Assembly: GCA_963719505.1 (NCBI GenBank)
Contig: CAVRCF010000005.1
Location: forward strand, 704,001 to 768,000
DNA length: 64,000 nt
Reading direction: 5' to 3'
Source of the DNA: Halobacteriovoraceae bacterium
GTDB taxonomy: Bacteria > Bdellovibrionota > Bacteriovoracia > Bacteriovoracales > Bacteriovoracaceae
This document shows positions 56,498 through 64,000 of the stretch, piece by piece. Below the pieces are notes generated by a model. That model ran no database searches, was not told the DNA's origin, and saw only the letters and a list, made by a program, of their open reading frames with translations. Each line of letters opens with the position of its first letter. The first letter of the stretch is position 1. The translations under genes were made by a program, and so were the position numbers.

Positions 56498-57615
56498 CTA
56501 GAATATACTTCGCGATAGAGAGACTTTCCACTTTTTTTCCTAAAGGGAAAGCTTTTGCGATAGGTTTTAGAAAAAAGACGAAAAGTTTGGCTTTGCCCTA
56601 AGTACTCATTTTTTTGCTGAATGATTTCACTTATTTTAAGATTAAAGGATTCGTACGATAGCTGTGTTGAAAGATCGTGATCAACGATACTATTCACTCT
56701 CCCTTTCAAGCCCATAAGTGCGCTTAAAAGATTCTTTTTATTTATTCTTGGAATGAGATCTTCATCAACTTCTACGCCAACCATATCTGAGAAATCATTA
56801 TAAGCCCCATGCCCTCCCCAGTTGCTTAACACCAGTTGGTGCCCTTTTAAAAAGCCCTGGGCAATGCTTACGCCAAAATCTTCATCGTGGTAGGTACTCA
56901 TTGAAACCGAGTACTGACAGTTACCCATCACTTGTTCAAGAGAGCCTTGCTCTAGACTTCCATGATACTCAATTCCTCCATCTGACTTTTTAATCAAAGA
57001 GTAAAAAGTATCCTTAAAAACATTCATATCAACTTTATAGCCATGAAGATGATAGCCCCTATCGTGGAAATCTCCAGCTATATGAAGCTTTAACTGAGAA
57101 TTAAAACGTCTCGCATTGATAAAGACACTCATGAGTTCAAGAATATTTTTTTGAGGAGTTAACCTTCCTGCATAAATGAGACTTTTTCCCGCTGATGAAG
57201 TCACTATTGAAGGTTTCATAGGATAAGGAACAATATGACAAGCACCACTTTGAACCAAGCTTTGAATCTGATCTTTTGATCTTGGGCTGGCCGCAAGAAG
57301 TGAGACATTTTCTCCAAGTAAATTGTCTCCAATATAATTCCAGCGATCAAGTTCTACTGTCATATTTCCATAGACCGGTAAAATAAAATGATTTTTTTTA
57401 CCTAAAAGAGCGGAAAGTGAATCTTGCCACTTAAAATGGTCTGACATAAAAAATATATCTGATTCTGGCAAAATTGAATCAACCTGGGCGGGATCAATAT
57501 AATGAACTTCAAATGGAGCGCGATCAAGCGCCTCACAAATATACTTTTGAATGATATTACAACTAAGCCAGAAATGATCTTCATCCACTTTTAAGACATA
57601 AAGTTTATTCTTCAT
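56473..57615 (-). CDS. Glycosyltransferase, GT4 (GT-B fold)
   Basis: IYAGRLTPQKNI, LHIAG, EDFGVSIAQ, SNWGG; ATG 57615 overlaps the upstream stop. Confidence 0.85.
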   Translation of the reverse strand: MKNKLYVLKVDEDHFWLSCNIIQKYICEALDRAPFEVHYIDPAQVDSILPESDIFFMSDHFKWQDSLSALLGKKNHFILPVYGNMTVELDRWNYIGDNLLGENVSLLAASPRSKDQIQSLVQSGACHIVPYPMKPSIVTSSAGKSLIYAGRLTPQKNILELMSVFINARRFNSQLKLHIAGDFHDRGYHLHGYKVDMNVFKDTFYSLIKKSDGGIEYHGSLEQGSLEQVMGNCQYSVSMSTYHDEDFGVSIAQGFLKGHQLVLSNWGGHGAYNDFSDMVGVEVDEDLIPRINKKNLLSALMGLKGRVNSIVDHDLSTQLSYESFNLKISEIIQQKNEYLGQSQTFRLFSKTYRKSFPFRKKSGKSLYREVYSSYTGFEIK

Positions 57616-58690
57616 AAAGGCCTTTAAAAAACGTTGCCTTAAGTTTTTGCAAAACTTTAAAATTTTGCGCAATAATAAAGAGGTACACAAAGTTTTTCCC
57701 TGGAGGGTTTAGAAACATAAAACCATTTCGATCTCCTTTTTTATAGACAGGCCAGCGAGATTCATCAAGAGAGAATCCTTTTTTAAAACTTAATTCAAAA
57801 AATTGTCCTACTCCCGATTCAGGCAAGAAATTTCGTAACTCAGCTAAAAGCGATCCCATATTAATCCTATAATTAACTTCACACAGGGGATAAATGCCAA
57901 TGCGATCTCCATCTTTAAATAAAAAACCATCAATCGTGAGATTTTGCTGAAGATCGAATTTCTTTAACTCCTCTAGCAGACTGATAGAAGTTGAGACTGC
58001 TTTATTGTAGTCTTCAAGAGCATCTAAGGATTTTAAGTAAATATCCTTATCTTCATTCTTATCAAAAATAAGCCCACCAAAGTAGTGACCAGTCTTGTTC
58101 ATCATCGTAAGATAATCGAAACTCTCATTCGTAACTGGATTATAGTGAATTGAATAGTCAAGAATTCTCTCATAGAAAGGCTCAAGAACCTTTACCTCTT
58201 TAAAAGGCTTTGCATCGGAAGCTCTTTCAATCACTTCAAAGCCTTGTCCCGCTTTGTAGAAGCAGTTCTTTAAAAGCCACTTTCTGTTTTTAAAATCAAT
58301 CTTTTTGAGATCGTGATCGGAAGTGAGAAAGTGAAAATCTTTTGGAAGGAGATTGTTCATCTCTAGAAATTTATAAGTCCAAGCTTTGGAATTTAAATTT
58401 TTCTCCAGCTCTATATCAGTTAACTTACCATACCAGTTAACAACTCCTCTTTCATCCTTTGTGAATCTTGGAATAATAAACCCAAATCCTTTCAACTTAT
58501 CGATAAAATCCACAGAATAATCCTCTAAAACAAAGAGTTCACAGTCTGGATCTTTATTGATGGCAAAAAATAAAAATTCAGCACATCCCCACACTTCTCG
58601 ATTTCTTAAAACTCGCTCTGGACTAAAGCCAAGTTCCTGCGCAAAGAGTTCAACTTCATACTCTGAATTTACTCTATATTTGATTGTCAT
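57605..58690 (-). CDS. ATP-grasp fold ligase (unassigned subfamily)
   Basis: NSK, WLLK...KAGQG, VLEPFYER..DYS, IDGF, CEVNYRINMG. Confidence 0.7.
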   Translation of the reverse strand: MTIKYRVNSEYEVELFAQELGFSPERVLRNREVWGCAEFLFFAINKDPDCELFVLEDYSVDFIDKLKGFGFIIPRFTKDERGVVNWYGKLTDIELEKNLNSKAWTYKFLEMNNLLPKDFHFLTSDHDLKKIDFKNRKWLLKNCFYKAGQGFEVIERASDAKPFKEVKVLEPFYERILDYSIHYNPVTNESFDYLTMMNKTGHYFGGLIFDKNEDKDIYLKSLDALEDYNKAVSTSISLLEELKKFDLQQNLTIDGFLFKDGDRIGIYPLCEVNYRINMGSLLAELRNFLPESGVGQFFELSFKKGFSLDESRWPVYKKGDRNGFMFLNPPGKNFVYLFIIAQNFKVLQKLKATFFKGLYEE

Positions 58691-59694
58691 AGAAAAACGA
58701 TATCTGCTTGATCGATTCCGTTAAAGGAATGATTCCAAGCCGTAGAGTATCCACTTACATTTTCAACGATAATATTATCACCGATGCAAATACTTAGTGG
58801 ATCTAATTGAATAGTCGCTAAAACGTCACTCTCATAGCAGCTTGGACCTGCAACCTTTAAATCTTCATTCTTTTTCTCAGTAACAGGTTTACAATGCCTG
58901 TAGCGAATTTTTACTCTGTTATCAATCCATCTAAGATGGCAAGTTGGCGACAAAGAACAAATAATCGTTTTGTTGTAAAAAGCGAGAACTTTCCCAACCG
59001 CCACGCCGGAGCTTGCGGAAATCCATCTTCCAGGCTCAAAGTAGAGGGTTGTGTTGGGAAGGTTTTGATAGGCATATTTTGTTATACTTTTGATTTCATC
59101 AAGACTCAAAGGTGCGAAGCCCCCCCCAAAATTGATAGATAAGTTTCTGTTTGCTGCTATAGAGATGAGGCGATCAATCATTTCTTCATAGTCTGTTACT
59201 TTATTTTCTAACCCTCCAAAGTGAAGGTGTAGATGTTTAATGGATGGAAACTTGGCTAAAGTATCCTCTAAGTCATTTAATTTGACTCCAAAGCGAGAAC
59301 CCTCTCCAAGGAAGTCTGTCGATACTCGTAAGGAAATATTATCAAACTTGCTCACTCTACCCAAGTCCTCGAGGCAATTGATGTCATTGACTGAATTCTC
59401 TAAAGGTGAATAAAATGGTGAAGAATTCCAAACGATCTTTTTGTCGAGTTCGGAGATCAAATTTTGCTCGTTAATATTTGAAACATCAAATCCAAAAAGA
59501 AACTGTGAAGCAAGTTTAAGAACTTCGGTATTAGGAAATGACTTCACGGGAAAAAGAAACTTAACCCTATCATTTTCAAGGCTCTTAAGACCCTCAAAGT
59601 TTGCCAGCAAATCTTTTTTAGAAAAGTAGTAACAGGTACTTCTTTCCATGCTCTCAAACTCTCGTAAACAAACCTTAGTTGATAAATACTGCAT
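58687..59694 (-). CDS. Group IV PLP-dependent decarboxylase (DAP/ornithine/carboxynorspermidine decarboxylase-like)
   Basis: FPVKS (PLP Lys), SRFG, HLHFG, NFGGGF, FEPGR, GPSCYESD, GYS. Confidence 0.88.
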   Translation of the reverse strand: MQYLSTKVCLREFESMERSTCYYFSKKDLLANFEGLKSLENDRVKFLFPVKSFPNTEVLKLASQFLFGFDVSNINEQNLISELDKKIVWNSSPFYSPLENSVNDINCLEDLGRVSKFDNISLRVSTDFLGEGSRFGVKLNDLEDTLAKFPSIKHLHLHFGGLENKVTDYEEMIDRLISIAANRNLSINFGGGFAPLSLDEIKSITKYAYQNLPNTTLYFEPGRWISASSGVAVGKVLAFYNKTIICSLSPTCHLRWIDNRVKIRYRHCKPVTEKKNEDLKVAGPSCYESDVLATIQLDPLSICIGDNIIVENVSGYSTAWNHSFNGIDQADIVFL

Positions 59695-59873
59695 TTTAAA
59701 ATTATAAGGAAACCCCGTTTTAATGGCAAGAAACCATTACCTGGTCCAAAAGACTAAATTTCAAAGGCTTAGCACTGCACAATAGTATGTAGACATAACC
59801 TTGTTTAAAGACTTTTAAAGGCCAAAGTCTAATTTATTTGCTATGGTCCTAAAAAATTAAAAGAGAGAAAACT

Positions 59874-60944
59874 ATGACAAATATAAAAATTGACCCAAAA
59901 GCCATTTCAAACCTAGAGAATTTTCAAAATCCAACAGATATTCAATTTGGAAAAACTTTAGTTCCAGCACTTTTAAAGTGTGAATATCGAGACGGTCAAT
60001 GGGGTGAGCTTGAATTCTTACCCTATCACAAGATACTCATTGATCCGGCAGCTAAGGTTCTTCATTACGCACAAGAAATTTTCGAAGGACTAAAAAGTTA
60101 TAAGAACGATGAAGATGAGGTTTTCTTATTTAGACCTGAAGAAAATGCAAAAAGATTCAATAAATCAGCAGTGAGAATGGGAATGCCTGAACTTCCGGAA
60201 GAGATCTTTATTGATTCTCTCAAGTGCTTAGTTAAGCACTCTCACCACACATTTTCTAAAGAGCTTGGAGATTCGTTTTATTTAAGACCTTTTATGTTCG
60301 GAGATGAACCTCAATTAGGTGTCAAACCATCTTCAACTTACCAATATTATCTTATTGGGGGCCCAGCAGGAAACTACTTCACAAAGCCCTCGGTGAAAGT
60401 CAGAGTTGAAAAAGAGTCCCACCGAGCATCTTCAAAAGGGATTGGAAGTGCAAAGACTGGTGGGAACTATGCTGCCAGTATGGCCGCAAATAAAGTGACC
60501 AGCGAGCAAAATTATGACCAAACACTTTGGCTTGACCCCGTCTATGGTGAGTTTATTGAGGAATTGTCAGGAATGAACTTCTTCGCAGTTATCGATGATG
60601 TTTTAGTGACACCTGAGCTTGGAAATTCAATTCTTCACGGAATAACGAGGGCATCACTTCTAGAGCTTGCCCAAAGCTTTGGTATAAAGGTTCAAGAAAA
60701 AAAGATTTCTATAAATGAACTTATGGACCAAATAGATTCCAAAAGTTGTACAGAGCTTTTTGCATCTGGAACGGCATCTGTTCTTACTCCAATAGAATGT
60801 TTGAAACTCGACGATAGAGAAGCATTCGTCAAACATCCAAATGGAAAAATATCAGTGAAATTAAAAGAAGCCCTTCAAAAACTTCAAACAGGTCGAAGTG
60901 AAGATCCTTTTAATTGGAGACAACAGGTCGATCTTACAAAATAA
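59874..60944 (+). CDS. ilvE: Branched-chain amino acid aminotransferase
   Basis: LHYAQEIFEGLK, LFRPEEN, YLRPF, AKTGGNYA, EELSGMNFF, ILHGITR, GTA. Confidence 0.95.
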   Translation: MTNIKIDPKAISNLENFQNPTDIQFGKTLVPALLKCEYRDGQWGELEFLPYHKILIDPAAKVLHYAQEIFEGLKSYKNDEDEVFLFRPEENAKRFNKSAVRMGMPELPEEIFIDSLKCLVKHSHHTFSKELGDSFYLRPFMFGDEPQLGVKPSSTYQYYLIGGPAGNYFTKPSVKVRVEKESHRASSKGIGSAKTGGNYAASMAANKVTSEQNYDQTLWLDPVYGEFIEELSGMNFFAVIDDVLVTPELGNSILHGITRASLLELAQSFGIKVQEKKISINELMDQIDSKSCTELFASGTASVLTPIECLKLDDREAFVKHPNGKISVKLKEALQKLQTGRSEDPFNWRQQVDLTK

Positions 60945-60961
60945 ACCAATAAAATGCAGTC

Positions 60962-61480
60962 TTAGTTATTGGGAACCCATTTTTTCAACTTCCTTTGAAG
61001 ACTCTGTCTATGAATACCAAGTTTCTTCGCAGTGTTTGAAATATTGCCTTTCTCTTTTGCAAGAATGTGTTCAATGTACTCGCGCTCGATGCGATCAAGG
61101 CTGAGCTCTCCCTCTCGAATATTGGCCTCTAATTTATTATCGATAAGGTCTATGACTTTCTTAAGATTAATCGGTTTCGTAATATAGTCAGAAGCTCCAA
61201 GCTTCATCGCCTCTACAGCGGAGGAGATAGTGCCAAAACCAGTCATCAGAAAAATCTCTGCAGCTTTAAACCTATCCAGACATGGAGCAATGAGATTAAG
61301 CCCAGAGAAATTTTTTAATCTTAAATCGATGAAGATATATTGGAAATCACCTTCAATATTTTCAATATGATGGTCGCAAATATAACGAACACTAAAGCGA
61401 CCACTATCATTTAGATCTAAGGTCAAACTTTCAGCAAATAATTCTTCATCGTCAATTATTAGAATATTTTCTTTAGTCAT
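60962..61480 (-). CDS. regA: RegA/PrrA/ActR family response regulator
   Basis: Receiver plus Fis-type HTH: EYIEHIL....GNISNTAKKLGIHRQSLQRKLKK. Confidence 0.85.
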   Translation of the reverse strand: MTKENILIIDDEELFAESLTLDLNDSGRFSVRYICDHHIENIEGDFQYIFIDLRLKNFSGLNLIAPCLDRFKAAEIFLMTGFGTISSAVEAMKLGASDYITKPINLKKVIDLIDNKLEANIREGELSLDRIEREYIEHILAKEKGNISNTAKKLGIHRQSLQRKLKKWVPNN

Positions 61481-62639
61481 CGATTATCCCTTCAAGATAA
61501 AGCTCAAGTACAGCTCCACTATTATTGTAGATATTTAGCGTTCCACCACAAGCTTCGAGCCCAAGGGCACAATTATAAAGTCCCAATCCCCTTCCTTGAC
61601 CTTTTGTCGTATTATAAGGTGCTTTAAAATTCTTTAAGATATAGTCTGAAAACCCCTCTCCTTCGTCCTCAATCTTTAGAAGAATCGAGCCATTTTTCTG
61701 AGTAAGACTAATACTAGCTTGTTTTAAATTTTCATCAATACAGTTTTGCATGCTATTTGAAATAAAAAGCTGAATGCTCAGAGCATTGGTTAAGGCAAAA
61801 ACATTAGATTGTATATTCGATTTGAAAGAAAAAGACTTTCCTTTTTGTAGGGCTAAAACTGTTGTTTCCAGAAGTTCCGACAAATTGATTCGCGTCATTT
61901 TGGCATGATCAAATCCAGACTGGGCAAGATTGAGATGATGAGTTGTCTGTTCTAATCTTTTGACACTTTTATCCAGTATATCCAAGTCGCGAGAAATAGC
62001 ATCCTCAGGTGAATCTCTAAGAAGTTTGTCTACTTTTAGTCTCACGGTATTGAGAGGTGTACCCAACTCGTGCACAATTCCTGAAACCAGAAGAGAAATC
62101 TGTCGGTTTTTTTCAAGAAGACTTCTCTTATTCTCTAAACTTCCAATCGTCTTTTGTTGCTTTAGAAAAAGAAGACCTAAACTTCTCATCGCGACCCACA
62201 TCCCTACAGTCAAAAGCACTTGTGGAACAAACGTGAACATAATAGAGGTAAAATCGTTAGAGGAACTCCAAAAGATCAAGATAATAAGAGAAAAAAGTAT
62301 AGGTAGATACAGATGATCCTGTTTTTTGGGCAAAACAAATGCGGCCATCATGATGTGAAAATAAATGAGATCCCAAAAAGGATTCTGAATTTTTCCGCAT
62401 AAAAGAATTAAAAGAATAAAAGAACACAGATCAAAAAGCAGATGAGTGAGAGCCCTGGGTTTTAGAAGATTAAACTGACATAAAATATTAAAAGAAAGAA
62501 TTCCTAACAAAGTAAGAATAACAAACGGGAGATTTTCATAAGGGAGGTAAATATACCTTATCGCGAAAGGAATCGCTAACATTTGCAATGAAAGCGCAAT
62601 CCACCTCAATTTGATTAGCCAATTCAAACTATTAATCAT
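61473..62639 (-). CDS. regB: RegB/PrrB/ActS family sensor kinase
   Basis: LRWIA, NPF, HELGTPL, GRGLGL; 6 TM; paired with the RegA-like gene. Confidence 0.8.
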   Translation of the reverse strand: MINSLNWLIKLRWIALSLQMLAIPFAIRYIYLPYENLPFVILTLLGILSFNILCQFNLLKPRALTHLLFDLCSFILLILLCGKIQNPFWDLIYFHIMMAAFVLPKKQDHLYLPILFSLIILIFWSSSNDFTSIMFTFVPQVLLTVGMWVAMRSLGLLFLKQQKTIGSLENKRSLLEKNRQISLLVSGIVHELGTPLNTVRLKVDKLLRDSPEDAISRDLDILDKSVKRLEQTTHHLNLAQSGFDHAKMTRINLSELLETTVLALQKGKSFSFKSNIQSNVFALTNALSIQLFISNSMQNCIDENLKQASISLTQKNGSILLKIEDEGEGFSDYILKNFKAPYNTTKGQGRGLGLYNCALGLEACGGTLNIYNNSGAVLELYLEGIIDD

Positions 62640-63538
62640 TAAATCCTTTTTACAAATCCAAGCCCAAGGGATCGACCAAGGATTGTCCCTTTACTTTGTC
62701 CTAAAATAAAGTCATCCGTATAGCTGATGGATAAGTCAATATTCTCCAGGCTATAGGTAAAGCCTAAAACTAATTGGTTAAGGATAAGGGATTGTCCTGA
62801 CTCTGCAAAGACAGAGATGGCTTGTTCGTGAATAAAACTTCTCTCTAATGATAAAAGAGAGCTCAAAGCATTACTAAAATTGTATATATGAGAAAAAGCG
62901 ACCTTATGATCAAGAGAATTTTGGGTCTCAGTTTTTTCTGTAAAGCGCGATCTGCTAAAACTCCTTCCCGCTCGATAAGTGAAAGCTGTATTGAGGAGAA
63001 GATCTTGGGTTTGGAATCTCTTCTTTAGAAGCATACCTAAAGTAGAGAGGTAGTGACCTTGGCCTCTGGAGTCTAAAAGGTCTGCTCTTTTTGCATTAAA
63101 GATAGAGGGAGCTGTCGGCAAAGTAACAGAAAAATAGGTAAATCCTTGAGAGATAAATTGATGTCTGGTAAATTCTGGATAAAATTCATATGCACTGCTA
63201 AGAGAGATATCCCCCAGACCAGATTCACTTCTCCACTCGCTTCCAATATCTCGGCTCTTTGTGACGACGGGAAGACTTGTTCCCAATTGCCAACGTGAAC
63301 TAAATTTATGACTCATAGATGTTGTGAGCGTTTCAATTGATTCAAGCTGACTTTTAGGACGTTCGATAATATTGGAGTTTTCATTGGTATCAGCTAAAAT
63401 AGTTCTATTGCTATAGGAGCTTCGAATAACACTTTTGGAATCCCCCATAATAAGGCTCACAGTACTTGCACCGCCGCCACAACAACTTCCAGCTATAGCG
63501 TTCGCACATAAGAAGAAAAGGCTAAAGAGTAACTTCAA
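62639..63538 (-). CDS. Exported/outer-membrane protein with N-terminal CC motif (MetA-pathway/transporter-like barrel)
   Basis: Signal peptide then GSCCGGG; SGLGDISL, LPTAP motifs. Confidence 0.6.
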   Translation of the reverse strand: MKLLFSLFFLCANAIAGSCCGGGASTVSLIMGDSKSVIRSSYSNRTILADTNENSNIIERPKSQLESIETLTTSMSHKFSSRWQLGTSLPVVTKSRDIGSEWRSESGLGDISLSSAYEFYPEFTRHQFISQGFTYFSVTLPTAPSIFNAKRADLLDSRGQGHYLSTLGMLLKKRFQTQDLLLNTAFTYRAGRSFSRSRFTEKTETQNSLDHKVAFSHIYNFSNALSSLLSLERSFIHEQAISVFAESGQSLILNQLVLGFTYSLENIDLSISYTDDFILGQSKGTILGRSLGLGFVKRI

Positions 63539-64000
63539 CGATCGCCTCCTCTATGAATGAAGAATCTTTTGTACAATTCGCGTTTTGTTCAATTGTTCTA
63601 ATATAAATCTTCCAAGTTCCAGGCATAATAAAGTAGACGTCGTCAATTTCATAGTGATCATCAACTCTAATGACTTCTACAGGACTTGAGCCATGCTCGG
63701 TTCCACTTGGCATTTTCATCCACAAAAGCACACATAGCTTAGAATTAAGATAAAGGTACGGTCCGATCGAACTATCTTGATATGAGTCCCAAAAATAGAG
63801 TTGAAAAGGAGAATTGATAGAAACTTTAGGCTTGGTATTAAATCGAAGATCAAATTGATATCTGGAGTTTGGCCAATTTTCAAAATCTCCTTGAGAACTT
63901 TGGGTTAAAACATTCGGCTTCTCCCCTGTAAGGGCACCAAAGAGGTGACTTTTCCCACAAGACAGTGTCAAAAAAAGAAACAAAAAGGATAGGCACTTCA
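63522..64000 (-). CDS. YtkA/FixH-like lipoprotein (start codon apparently 1 nt beyond the window edge)
   Basis: Frame reads (A)TG AAG TGC CTA... MKCLSFLFLFLTLSCG lipobox; LWMKMP...HG and YFIMPGTWKI. Confidence 0.7.
   Translation of the reverse strand, partial: KCLSFLFLFLTLSCGKSHLFGALTGEKPNVLTQSSQGDFENWPNSRYQFDLRFNTKPKVSINSPFQLYFWDSYQDSSIGPYLYLNSKLCVLLWMKMPSGTEHGSSPVEVIRVDDHYEIDDVYFIMPGTWKIYIRTIEQNANCTKDSSFIEEAIVEVTL

Noticed and set aside
58687-59694. Calling the decarboxylase lysA
   Set aside because: The family is clear but the substrate is not; the protein is short and in a biosynthetic context.
59874-60944. ilvE as part of the peptide cluster
   Set aside because: It looks like a canonical housekeeping aminotransferase and is divergently transcribed. 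Membership cannot be supported without synteny data.
1798-62316. Numerous short ORF-track entries nested in or antisense to long genes (e.g. 1798..2136, 32091..32495, 39750..40148, 50387..50818, 61960..62316)
   Set aside because: They overlap well-supported CDSs and show no motifs or RBS; treated as shadow ORFs.
1-64000. Prophage, IS element, integron, tRNA or rRNA
   Set aside because: No integrase, transposase or phage structural motifs and no structural RNA recognised by eye; a tRNAscan/Infernal run would be needed to fully exclude RNAs.

Overview
AT-rich bacterial chromosomal window. The gene content (SWIB-domain protein, secreted papain-like protease, many hybrid kinases) suggests a Bdellovibrionota/Bacteriovoracales-like organism; this is inference, not a database result. 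No rRNA, tRNA, CRISPR array, transposase or integrase was recognised. Layout: (i) 1-5.3 kb housekeeping and secreted genes. (ii) ~5.5-44.4 kb, a large general-stress/stationary-phase neighbourhood (HK-Hpt-RR phosphorelay, two CsbD-like proteins, Dps, GdhA, Ctc/bL25, HPF-like, BON/OsmY, DUF1328, two MscS, MgsA, ClpB, ClsB). At least 12 of its gene-boundary regions carry the same 18-bp palindrome TGTGT-N8-ACACA, usually ~55-85 nt upstream of a start codon. A DUF3034/truncated globin/CheA-like kinase/cupredoxin operon is embedded in it. (iii) 44.4-51.5 kb signalling genes, including an ethylene-receptor-like kinase. (iv) 51.7-59.7 kb, the best candidate for an undescribed system: a tandem array of four short acidic peptide genes missed by the ORF track (shared N-terminal FFG-x-I-x-V..DLD motif, variable C-termini) directly upstream of a stand-alone PqqD/RRE-like protein. 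It is flanked by a His-motif membrane protein, a PLP fold-I enzyme, a NodU/CmcH carbamoyltransferase, a GT4 glycosyltransferase, an ATP-grasp ligase and a group IV PLP decarboxylase, i.e. a putative new RiPP or peptide-scaffold biosynthetic cluster. (v) ilvE, RegBA-like genes and a possible metal-handling envelope pair at the right edge. All family calls come from motif recognition by eye.
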